DNA of 64,000 nucleotides from Oculina patagonica (Eukaryota): NCBI RefSeq assembly GCF_052425735.1, contig NC_135759.1, positions 45,446,001 to 45,510,000 of the forward strand, read 5' to 3'. Shown piece by piece: positions 50,177 to 62,100 of this stretch (position 1 is its first letter; each line of letters starts with the position of its first letter). The notes under the pieces were generated by a model. It saw only the letters and a program-made list of their open reading frames with translations, ran no database searches and was not told where the DNA came from. The position numbers and the translations under genes were made by a program.

Positions 50177-52752
50177 TTAATTGCACAAATCGTCAGTGCA
50201 GCAGTTTAGGTTGCACTTGCAGAATTTATCTAAGGGATCGGAAGACTTGCATAAGGGAGAAGTATCAGGATCACACTGGGATGAAGTGGCGCAGCCTTTG
50301 ACGTAGAGCGAGACTGATGTTTCACCACTTTTTCCTTCAACATGGGCTTTGCCACAGCGGTCAAAACCAGAAGCACAGGTCTCCTCTGTTTTTATCTTAT
50401 CACAGTCATCCCAGTCCTTGGTAGTTTGGCACTTGTAGCACTTTAAGCCATATCCTTCCAAAAAATAAACAAGTTTAGCATAATTAAATAAGCCGATGTT
50501 TTTAGAGTAAAATATCATTTATGCACAAAACTCTCGAAAATGAAAGCGTGCGAGGCGGAAAAGATACAATAGAAAGCAAGGGACCGCGGACGAAAATGCT
50601 GCTGTGTACGTAGGAGCTGGCGACAGCTCTAGCTGTCGCACAGGTCTCCTCTGTTTTTATCTCTAGCTGTCGCCAGCTCCTACGTACACAGCAGCATTTT
50701 CGTCCGCGGTCCCTTGCTTTCTATTGTCACTTTTAATTTTATTTGGACCGTAGATCTTTTAGATCCGATATGCTGTACATTTTCACTGTTTTCACATGGT
50801 TTTGCCCATGTTTGCAGTGTTGTTTTTCACATGGTTTTGCCCATGTTTTCAGTGTAAGGATAGTTCTGTCTATTCTCACTTTCCTTATCGAGACAACGAC
50901 ATGATATTTCGAATTCTTGACCTATTGAGTAATAGTCATGCGGCTGTGATCAGTGGGCGAGTGTTTGAATTTGAGCCCATCCGGATTTTCATTACCACGA
51001 GCACTTTATAGACAACTGTCTTCGCGCTGGTTGTTCTATTCTGTGCGGCATACACTCTGCTGAAGAGACCCAATCAGGTCGAAACAGCTGTCCAGAGTTT
51101 GCATTTTTGACTTTCAGTTTGGACTCTATCATGTCGTTGTCCCGTTAAGGTTTTTTCATTTCTACGTAGTGTCAGCCTTGCTTTTCTTGTCTCTGGAAAA
51201 GATACGTTTGCCCAAAAGGAAAAAAAAGGAAAATAATGGTAGAAAACCATCATTATCTGTTTTCGACTCAGCAGTGCAACACAATACCACAACGCTTGAA
51301 ACACGTAAGAGTAAGACATTACATGTTATGTTATTTTCACATGTGAAGATATCGATTTCGAATCATTTTCTGACAAGTTTGCCCTGTTTTAATGCTGAAT
51401 AAGCCAAAGTAAATCGATATTAAGTCGAAACATTGGATCTTCCTCGGCAATCTTCGGCAATCTTCGGATATCTTCGGAAATTTTCGGAAAAGTTCGAAAA
51501 TGTTCGGAAACATTCGTACGACCTTCGGACAACATTTTGCAAATCTTTGGAAATCTTCGGAAAATAGTCGGCAATCTTCGGAAAATCGTCAAAAAACATC
51601 CTAATTAGTAGGTTTATATAATAAAGAGGGCCACAGGTTTGTTAGCTTTGCTATTTAGTGTTACCCTCATTTTAAATAAAGTCTTTATTTTATTATTATT
51701 TTTATTATAAGAGAGTTTTAGAACATTTGAATTTTTAACTTTTTAGCATGTCTTAAGTATTTTTTGTTTTTGTTTTTGTTTTATATACTATAATTCACAT
51801 AATTAGTTCTTATATCGTTTTAATACAATTTTATCTCGTTTTCATGTAAATATAAATTCTTAGATATTTTTTAAACTTTTACATCTGTAAATTTAGTTAG
51901 GATCGGGCAGGCGAAGAGCCACTCTGTGGATATACTGCCCGAAGTGCCATTATTATTATTATTATTATTATTATATTATTATTACATGGCTGCTGAGAGA
52001 GATATTACATATCTCCGCGCAACCATGTAATATCCTCTATCCTCTATGCGAAAAAAATTAAATTAGGCAAAATGTCTTCTTCAGAAGCTCTGAAGTCACT
52101 GAATTGGCTCCCTCTGGCTGGAAGACGTCTTTCTCACCGATGCACAGCCGTACAAAATGCAATCAAAGGAGACATTCCGCAACATTTTGAAAGTTTTAAA
52201 TCGACATTAAGAAGTTTACATGGCTACAACACCAGACATGGATACCTACCTAGACTGCCTAAACCTAAAACGGAAAGCGGAAAGAGAGTATCCTACTTCC
52301 GCTTTACAAATGACTGGTTGTCTCTTCCAGAATTTTTAAGAAAGCCGATGCCATGCGAGATTTTTAAGAAAACCCTTACAAAGTTCTTACTGGATAAACA
52401 TTTTAGACTATGAACAAATATTTTTAGTTGCACAATGTTATATAATGTTAATAGATAACTATTTGTAATTAGTTTTTTTAGGACAGTAGCTGTAGCTAGT
52501 TATTTTATATTTTAGATCTGTGACATTTGTTCTTCCTTTTAGATTTAAATACTTTTTTATTTCCCATTTTTAACCTTAGTTAGTAGTATTTTAATTCTTG
52601 TCCTAGTTTTTAATCTTAGTTAGCATACAACATGGGTTTTGTCTTTTTATTGTATTTTAGATTTTAATGTATTTTAATGTTTAACATTTATTTTCTCAGA
52701 GGACCCTCCTGAAAACCACCCCCTAGGTGATTGGAGGCCTCCTCTTAAAATA

Positions 52753-52791
<39 letters not shown>

Positions 52792-53061
52792 TATTTCGCA
52801 AAAGAAAACGCTAAAAGTTTGCGATGACGACAAACGACGATCCCATTGAATAGCAATGCACGGGGAAAAGAAAATGTGAGACAAATGCGTTGAAGGTGCC
52901 ACGAGCAGCTACGCAGATAATTTCTGGGCCTGACTCGAGATCTTAGTACCTATGCGACCTAACGCAGCCCACGTCAATTTAGGGCTTGATAGTTTTAGAC
53001 ACTATATTGACTTACCGGCAGAGATGCAGAGAAGAAAGGCAAAAACAAAGAGTGATTTCAT
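50177..53061 (-). CDS. Ly6/uPAR protein D, single LU domain ending at CN* (exons 53061-53016, 50454-50177; about 107 aa)
   Basis: Signal exon MKSLFVFAFLLCISA with a gtaagt donor (phase 1), then GYGLKCYKC...NCCTDDLCN and TAA. A degenerate GPI tail (AKVAMVS...VIMLLACALVAFLR*) follows the stop. Confidence 0.8.
50566..50727. repeat. Perfect 63-bp-arm palindrome (MITE-like) in the Ly6 D intron
   Basis: 50566-50628 is the exact reverse complement of 50665-50727. Confidence 0.9.
51054..51098 (+). ncRNA. Minimal type I hammerhead ribozyme (Penelope/retrozyme class)
   Basis: ACTCTG (stem I) - CTGAAGA - GACC caatca GGTC (stem II) - GAAA - CAGCTG - TC / CAGAGT (stem I'). All core nucleotides are present, stem III is palindromic (ACAGCTGT), and the GUC cleavage triplet ends at 51092. 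Confidence 0.85.
52050..52794 (+). mobile_element. 5'-truncated L2/Crack-type LINE 3' end
   Basis: Encodes ALKSLNWLPL..RR...HGYNTRH...LPKPKTESGKR...WLSLP...FKK, with an (ATT)n tail at 52750-52794. Confidence 0.8.
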
Positions 53062-53943
53062 CTTGCACAGGCGTTTCTTTTCCCAAACTTGTACGAGCTT
53101 CGAAAAGCATAAGCTAAAGCAATGTCTGATTGAAGTAGAGCTCGATTGACTTATCAATCATTCTTCTTTTTCTTAGCAACCAATGAGAAAGAGGATTCAG
53201 TCATCGCCCAAAATTTAAACCAGTCATCGTCTTACAAACAAAGTATGTGGCTTTTTAAGCTGTCAATCAAGAAAGATTTTTTCGTGCCTTCTAACATGTG
53301 CTTTATATCTTCTATTTAAAAATTAGATTATGAGCTCGAGATTTCTATCGTGTGATAGTTGATGAGGGGTCTCTGTAAAAAGCTGACCGGATGGCGGCGG
53401 ATGGCGGATGAGAAAAGGCGGATGATAAAAGGCGGATGACAAAATGCGGATACCAAAAAAAAAAATAAAAAAAAAATAAAGAAATAACTTTTTTAATAAC
53501 TCAATAACTTGATCAAGTAAATATTAGCACATTCAGTCTAGGAGATGTCTGACAAGACGAAAGAAACAGAGATAAAAACGTTTTTCGAAAAAAAAAAAAA
53601 AAAAACCCTTGACTTTCCTTCATCCGAAGACCGGGGTTGTTACATTAAGACAAGGCGGATGCTGTGTTGTTTTTTAATATAAGTCATATAACGCGAGCTT
53701 CGTAAATTACAAGCCGGTAATAAACAAATTTAAACAAATAGAAACGCTTTAAACACTTACATCAAGCTGTCTTTACATTAAGTAGCCCAGAGGTGAATCA
53801 GTGTTAAAAAATAAACATTGCTGGAACTGTACAAATCGCCAGAGATAAAAAAAAATATAGAAAAAGTTTTGAATTTGATGCGTACGTGACAAACCCAGCT
53901 CAGTGCAGCGGTGTCAATTGCAATTTTTGAACCAATCAGGTAA

Positions 53944-54239
53944 AGTCTGTGACCGAGCCATGAGGCTCATACCGCCGGAGCTTATCCCAGTTTCCGTAGC
54001 ATTAAGCGACTAGGAGTATTGCTACTCCCCCCTGAATGGGATGCTAGTCCATCGCAGGGTTACCCCCCAGCAGTAAATTCGCCGGTACCCATTTATACAC
54101 CTGGGTGGAGAGAGGCACTGTGAGAGTAAAGTGTCTTGCCCAAGAACACAACGCAGCGCCCCGGCCCCGGCCAGGCCTCGAACCCGAGCCGTTCGACTCG
54201 GAGTAGAGCGCGCTAACCATTAGGCCACCGCACCTCCCA
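53944..54239 (-). mobile_element. tRNA-derived SINE (best-preserved copy; others at about 21880-22012, 27486-27750, 31394-31625, 31663-31935, 38655-38895, 45465-45728)
   Basis: A-box TGGCCTAATGG and B-box GGTTCGAGGCC, followed by a conserved body (ttgggcaagacacttt...gggtaccggcgaattt...gatggactagcatccc). Confidence 0.85.
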
Positions 54240-54471
54240 CTTTGAACCAATCACAGACTGGAAAATTGAAGCTCGCGCAAACTCTTGCGCTAATTATTGC
54301 GTTACAAATCCCAAAAACCTCCCCGAAAAATACGGTACACTTTCGGAGCTTTTGAGAAACGTTTTTCCCTACCCAAGAAACGCGCCCGAAAACAGTCCCT
54401 TAAAGTTTTCGGGCCCGAGAAGTTCTCGGGACTTTTGAGAAACTCACGCCAGACTGAATGTGCTAATAGTT

Positions 54472-54845
54472 GGCTTCACACTAGAAGCTAAGTTAGTTTC
54501 AAGTAAGCACTTGACTCAAGTGCACTTGAAAATCTTAAGTCGCATTTTACAAAATCTAGCTTCACACTTGATGACAAAGTATATTACTTGAGGTACAAGC
54601 TGTCAATCATCTTCAGAATCGCAACAATGCTGCACGCCTCTTTTATTTGGCTTCCATTTCCTAGCCGAGTGCGTTCTCAAGGGTGGTGTAGACCATACTT
54701 GGTTGCGTACTTCGGCTTCTTTGAACTACGAAAGTTTCCATGGTCACCAAGTAAAGTTCAATTAAGTAAGTACGTTTTACCCCTTCACACTCAAAGTAGG
54801 TTCCAAGTGCACTTAGATTATACTTACGAGCTCTAGTGTAAAGCC
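54472..54845. mobile_element. MITE (GGCTTCACACTAGA TIR); second copy in opposite orientation at 57461-57792
   Basis: Terminal inverted repeats and whole-length reverse-complement similarity between the two copies. Confidence 0.8.
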
Positions 54846-55030
54846 AAGTATTGTTTACTTGTCAATTCATTAATTAATTTATAAATTAATTGTTTAATTG
54901 ATTAAGTTATTGATTGATTAAAAAAAGTTTTTATTTTATTTTTATTTTTTTTGGTATCCGCATTTTGTCATTCGCTTTTTCTCATCCGCCTTTTCTTATC
55001 CGCCATCCGGTCAGCTTTTTACAGAGACCC

Positions 55031-55600
55031 GTTCAACTTCATCTGTGTAACAAATTTACATCCGTGTAGCCGTTCGACTTCATCCGTGTGAAAATAATTA
55101 CATCCGTGTAGCCGTTCAACTTCATCCGTGTGAAAATAATTACATCCGTGTAGCCGTTCAACTTCATCCGTGTGAAAATAATTACATCCGTGTAGCCGTT
55201 CGACGTCATCCGTGTGAAAATAATTACATCCGTGTAGCCGTTCGACTTCATCCGTGTGAAAATAATTACATCCGTGTAGCCGTTCGACTTCATCCGTGTG
55301 AAAATAATTACATCCGTGTAGCCGTTCGACTTCATCCGTGTGAAAATAATTACATCCGTGTAGCCGTTCAACTTCATCCGTGTGAAAATAATTACATCCG
55401 TGTAGCCGTTCGACTTCATCCGTGTGAAAATAATTACATCCGTGTAGCCGTTCAACTTCATCCGTGTAACAAAAATTTACATCCGTGTAGCCGTTCGACT
55501 TCATCCGTGTGAAAATAATTACATCCGTGTAGCCGTTCAACTTCATCCGTGTAACAAAAATTTACATCCGTGTAGCCGTTCTCGGTATCCGTGTAGAACG
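55031..55600. repeat. 42-bp minisatellite, about 13 copies
   Basis: Unit TTACATCCGTGTAGCCGTTCRACTTCATCCGTGTGAAAATAA, built from two CATCCGTGT half-units. Confidence 0.95.
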
Positions 55601-58600
55601 GCTTATCGAGCCATTTCTCATCCGTTCGCTTTCCGCGCGTTCCGCCGAACACACGGATTCCGTAATTATATATAAGGAACGTTTTCGCGTGAGAGGTCGC
55701 ATGTGTGAACACGATAGAACACAAGGGTTAACATGTATAACTTTCTTCACTTGGCCAAGTTTGAACTAAAATTACTTTCAAAGCTCAACTATAATCTGTC
55801 TGGAGTCTTCTGTCTTGCCGTGTTTTTGTCGGTTTGTGGGCTTCTCGGGCTTATGATTTGCTAAAAGAACACTTATTGCGGGTCGAAAAGCACCTATGAG
55901 GCCAGATGTTCTGCTAGACAGTATGGCGCTAAGGTGTAATTAAGATAGGTGATCACATGATTTCGAGTGCACTTAGAGATAAATATGAACGAGTAAATTT
56001 TCAAAGGCTAACAAAATTCATGTAATTGAATCATGTGATTACTTAATAATATACGGTGGTAAAAAGCATAAATGCTTATCTAAAAGTGAAGTGTTAAGAA
56101 GTGCTGTTGGACTCTGCATGGATGAGGGACATTAAGATTACGTACGCACTTCCACTTTACGGAGCCAGCCAGGAAGATTAAAACAATGCTTTTTAGAAAG
56201 GTGCTATTGGCTGTTCCAAAATTGCGCAGGGAACTGGGGCGAATTTCAAATTTTAAGTAATCGATAATCTGACATCACCACATCGCGGTGCGATTGGTCG
56301 TTTGATTGATTCAATTGGCTATAACTTGATACGTCTTTGCTTTTATTTAGCCAAATTCAGACAGTAGTATTTAAACTAACTTTAAAAAGTGTGAGTGCAA
56401 GCCAGTTGATGACGTCATTGGAGCATGTCTAAGACTGGCCGTTTTCACACTATAGACGGATAATCCATCTAAGACGTGTTATCCGTCCAACAGGTGAGAA
56501 TTCGCCTTAATTTAGAAACGGCCAATGAGTTTTTTCAATGAAAATGGATTTACAGAACATTACAAAAAACATAGCACTTGATTTTCTTCTTGTTTTATAT
56601 ATTTTCATTGTATGTATATCTTTGAAATTAAACTTAAATGAAGCATTTTAATCTAAAATCTTAAGGAACTGTTTCACGGATTTTATCCAAATTTAGATTT
56701 AAACATTGAAGAAACCTTTCCATTATACAGAAAATACAAAAAAGTACAGCTTGCGATATGGGTTTTGAAGTACTGTTGGAGTGAACAGTTTCGATTGTTG
56801 CTTTTTCAATTATATTTCCCAGAAGATATACGAAGCTTTAAAGTATCAATGAAGGAAAATTGGCGTTTTCGTTCCAAGTCAAATTTGTGTAAACAATCAA
56901 TGGTAACCCCAATAAAGTATATATTTTCTGAAAGCTTATTGAATAAAGATTGTAATTTTTGATTTTGTTTACATCATATAGACCATAATAAGCAACATCA
57001 GCATTTTGTTTGAAATTATGATGTTATGCAACTTTAGGTTTATTTGAGAACACATTTACATGAGAGCCAAAACTTTTATGTGGAATTTGTTCTACATATA
57101 TTGGTCTAAAAAACGGTGTCTCAGATTTTTTCTTTTCTTGCTTCATTAATTTTTTATGAATTTTTTATCCTGAAGAAGCCCTAAAAACGCCATTTTAAAG
57201 TTCCTTCCGTGATACCTTAAGTTTTGTCATTAAATCAAGCGAGTGTTCTGTAAAACTTGATTAAATGGACTAAATTCAGCCCGTGACACAGTCCTTTATC
57301 ATAACGTTTTAAAGTCATATTTTAACGCTTTTGAAGCTATATTTTAATGGATCTTCTCTTTGCGTCAGTTACTATTTTTACAATGAATTGTAAATTATGA
57401 GAGTAAATACTAATTAATGGTAACTAAAAGGTCAACAAAATTGTTTATATTATATTCCTCGGCTTCACACTAGAGCTCGTAAGCTAGTATAGCCTAAGTG
57501 CACTTGGAACCTACTTTGAGTGTGAAGGGGTAAAACGTACTTACTTGAAACTTTCGTAGTTCAAAGAGGCCGAAGTACGCCGCCAAGTATGGTCTACACC
57601 ACACTTGAAAACGCACATGACCAATAGGAAATGCAGCGTTGTCACAATTCTGAAGATGATTGACAGCTTGTACCTCAAGTAATATACTTTGTCATCAAGT
57701 GTAAAGCCAGATTTGATAAAATGCGACTTGAGTTTTTTAAGTGCACTTGAGTCAAGTACTTACTTGAAACTAACTTAGCTTCTAGTGTGACCCAAGAAAT
57801 ATCACCAGAAACTTAATTTTAAGCGCTTTATTTTCTCTTTTCGGCAAGTAGCAGTTTAAAACAAAAAATAAAACGTGCGGGGCATATTTTCTTTCTCTCT
57901 TGGTAGTGAAGTTAAATATTTCATTATTATAGTAGCTGTACAATAATAACAGAAGACAAAAATGGTAAAAGTATAACTTAAATTAAAGGGCAAAAAGTGC
58001 GGTAAAATTGTGAAAACGTCAGAAAATTTGAGCTCCATCTTGTTTTAACAATTTCAGATGGTTTTGGCGTTTACGATTGCCATTGCTAAAAAAATTGCCA
58101 CCATGACTCGAATCAAATCTTTGCATCATTCTGAGCGAAGGGCGGAAAATGTTTGTATTTGGTTAAAACCCAATTTTTCCATAACTGACTTATAAACGTA
58201 ACGGTGAAAAGTAGCTTGTTAATTCAGGGTAGGAGCAGATTTTGTAAATTTTGTAAAACCAGCAACGGGGTTCAGGTCAAGTTCTTTAATTAGCATTACA
58301 ATAAGCAACAGGATATTGTCAATTCCGCTGCTTCACACCAAAAAAACCAAGTTTTTTTTAAAAAAACCCGCAAAATTTCCTTCTGAGTGACGAAAAAGCG
58401 TTGTGTTTGTTGAACAACAAGAAATCGTCAATTTCGCTGATATATAACGAAAAACCATCAACAAATTTAAATGAACGAAAAACCGCAAAATCGTTGCATT
58501 TGCAGAATTTCGTAAATATTGTAGCGTTTGGCGAAATATCGTAAAATTTGTCAATTTTGTGATTGCGTTCAATCCTGGACAAAAGTGTGCAATATTACCC

Positions 58601-59196
58601 CAAATACCTAACTTTAGGTCAAAGTGAATGACATTCTTGATAAAAATGTGATGGTAATAATAATAAGCACTCTCTTGTGTGGACAATTGTTTCTTTGAGC
58701 AAAGAGCTGAATGAAGGCCTTGAATAACGAGACGTATCTATTGTTTCAGCAGCAATTAGTAATTTTCTATTTGAATGCGAAAAATACATTTGAATAAAAA
58801 TACAGTGAATAAATCACATAAGATATATACACGTATCCCCTCAGAAAATAGAATGTTTAAAGTGTTCTTCGCAGCCGCGCCGTTTGATCTAAAAATTGAT
58901 GTAAATTGTAAGTTCATACGTTTTTAGTTTACTGTCTAGTTTAATTTTTTTCAAAGTAAGAGGAAACGTTTTGAGAACTTGGCATCTTTAATAAAGATTA
59001 GCATTACTATACAATACTTCAGTTGCCTGGCTGCGGGACTTTTTTCCGAAACACGATGCTATCTGGAGAATAGTTCTTTTGTCCAACTGAAAAAAATGAA
59101 ATTAACGAAAAATTGCGCCCAGGAAAGCAATTCCCCAGAGTACTGTAGTAAACGTACCGAAATACAGTGGAGAGGCAGACTTCTGTATACCTCACA

Positions 59197-62100
59197 ATGA
59201 AGGTATACAGTAGCTTTTTGTTATTCGTTGTAACTATTGCACTCCTTGATAGGAAAAGTAAGGCAGACATTTCAGCCCTGAAAGCCCGCAAAGGTGAGGC
59301 AGAATATAAACAAACGGATGCATCAGCCAAACGTGACGATATCGCTCAAGAACAAGGTAAAATATGTAACCACAATAACAGAATCTGAAGGAAAAAACGC
59401 GCTGCCCTTCTCCTTGATACAACATGCTACGCTTGGAAATAAAAATAGTAACTTACATCAGAGGGAGATAACATAAGGTCCTTGGGTTACACTGAAGATT
59501 AAATTGTAGACATGACACTTGATTTGTTGAAGTTCCACCTGGAATGTACGCTATCGTAAAGCTAGATAACATCCCAGGATAACATTCAGTTGTGCAGTGA
59601 TCTGATTGTTTATTTAACAGCAAATTTGTTAACGTTTTTGCATCCTTGAACTCTATTACATCTTGAATTAATTTTTTTGTTGTTATTAGGTTATGCCCAT
59701 AAAACATTTCGTTTCTCGCCCGACCAATCTCTTTTGGAAACGTAACAAAGATGCTTTCTGTTTCCTTTCTCGGCTGTCTCTGAGTTAACATCTAAATCAG
59801 TCCTTCAATGGACGTCTTTGAACACTTTTAGGGGATGTAGCGATTCGTACCTAAATGTATATTATGGGGAAGATGTAATCAAAGTTCGCTAGCGCTTGCG
59901 GTCATTGATTTATTTACTTATTTATTCTCGGCTTTTTTAACCGATCGATCGACCGACTTTCATGAGAGGGAGAGGTCGATGGGAAACGAAACATTTCGTA
60001 GATATTAATTCTGACGGAAACCAGGTGCGGTCAGGTGCGGCAAGCAGGAGAACCAAGTGTGGGTTCAACCACTGATGTCTTAATGAAGCCTCGAGATTTA
60101 TTAGAATGAAATAAATATGTATTATAAAGACGATATTTACCTGCATTGCTAAGCAAATGTCGCTTTATCGGATGGGCGGCGGTTTTGTTATTCCTTTGTT
60201 ATGCTAAAATGGAGTATAGTGTGTCTTCCATACAAATGTTTGTCAAAATTAACACGAAACTCTAACTTATAATAGTCCTGGGATGATCAGTTGCATAACT
60301 GAATCGCCCTGATAGAAACAATCAAACCCGACAGAGCAAACCAGTTGCTGATTGGCCAAAAATCGCCAGAAAATTTCTTAGACTGAGAGGCGTTTGTGTA
60401 CGACATTTGAATAAAATAGTAAAGAGTCAATTCAAAATTTGCGGCCTTTATCTTTGTTTCAGGAGAAGATTATTTGAGACATCTTTCAATACTTACTTTG
60501 CAGTTAATTTTTTTTGCCCGTAACAATTAATTTATGCGCCTTTTGGCCTTCAGAGAAGATAAGATAAGATGGAGACTGGACAACTTTTTGTTATCGACAA
60601 CAAAATAGTATCGACAACTAAAACACGTATAGCCGGTGTAAAACGAGCTGTCAACAACTTTTAAAACGCTTTTTTGTTTCCAAAAAGAACCTCCTCTTTT
60701 GTCTTTTTTGGCCGCTATCTCGAATGAATGTAGTCTGTACTTCCCCGAACAGTGTTTGGCAATAACGTCTAACTGCGATGCTGTCTTCTTGTATACAAAT
60801 AATAATTACAATAAAGTTTTAAAAAACGAAAAAATAGTTAAAAACGTAAAAATGTCAAAATGCGACGAAATTAAATGACGTATTGATACTAAAAAGTAAA
60901 AAACCAATTTCAAGCAGTAACTTTGTCATTCCGGCTGAAAAAAAACAACTGAATTTCTTACCATAAAAATTTGAAAGTAATTTGTTGATTTGTTGTCCCA
61001 CAAGCCTTGCAGGGGAAGATCTACCAAAATGTCACGGGACCTACATATGCAATTAAATGCTTACTTGTTTTTTTTTTTTTTTTTCAGATAATGGCCTCCC
61101 TAATGACCCTTACATGAACTACATGTTGTGGCCACACCTTCACTTTAGTGGGACTTTTCGTGCCGATGTTTCAACTGTCAATAATAAACCATCCAATTAC
61201 GACAATGACAACTTTGTCCAAGGTGACCAATTACAAAGCTCCGGAAACTGGAACCCAAAAGGCAGTGGTGAATGGAGCGTAAGTGGCTCTGTGACTCACG
61301 TATGTTATGCTGATGGACACTGTGTGGGGGATGATGAAGGAAATAAGAACACCGAACCAATCATGGGAGCACATGTACTTGGTACGTACAAAAACTCTTA
61401 ATTTATATCTAATGCCCAGCTTAATGCTGAAACATTTGTCACTAGCTACCTCCATTTCGGTAAATATTGTCATTTTTATACTTCGAAGGAATTATTCTTA
61501 TAATTTACAATAAAGCAGTCGTTTTTAAGTAAAGACCGTACCGAATGTAAAAGATAAAAGGATTGCTTCACTTGCTGACTATTTCATGACTGATGTGTTC
61601 CTGCCCGTTTCACGGGAGGAAAAAAGGCCAATCCACATTATTTTTTTCACAGAATAAAGGGCTCTACAGCTTACAAGACCCGCTTGTCGGGTTGTAGGCG
61701 AAAGCTCGTTATGTGGATAACGAACTAACAAGTGAGCCTGTGGACAGTCGTTTGATGACGCTTTTTAACGATAGCTTGTAGACTTTTTTTTATCTCGCCG
61801 ATCAATTTTGTGTTAAGATTCATTCAAATTGAATATTTTTACTTTATAAAACCAGGGTATGCTATGTGAGGTTTTCCGGTTTTTACGCCTTATGGCCAAC
61901 TGGGTAGCAGGTTCACAAGCCAAAACTCAAATTGTAAGCAAACAGTGTTAACAATTGCTACAAATTCAACCGCGAACTCGTGTATATTAAGTCTCCGGTT
62001 AAGACTGTTTTCAATTTATATCACCTTGACAATTTGCATTCCTCGTTACAGATGGCGGCAACAAAGCGTCTGCAAAGATGGTAGACCTAGACAGTGAAGC

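Larger units (their letters stand above)
53367..55030. mobile_element. DNA element with about 130-bp TIRs (GGGTCTCTGTAAAAAGCTGACCGGATGGCGG) containing a nested SINE and MITE
   Basis: The left end at 53367 matches the reverse complement ending at 55030, including GGCGGAT subrepeats. Confidence 0.8.

Noticed and set aside
53944-54239. tRNA genes
   Set aside because: The A/B boxes belong to SINE heads with a long shared body; no complete cloverleaf.
55019-55546. 175-aa and 140-aa repetitive ORFs; possible CRISPR-like array
   Set aside because: The frames stay open only because the unit is 42 bp. There are no unique spacers, so this is a minisatellite.
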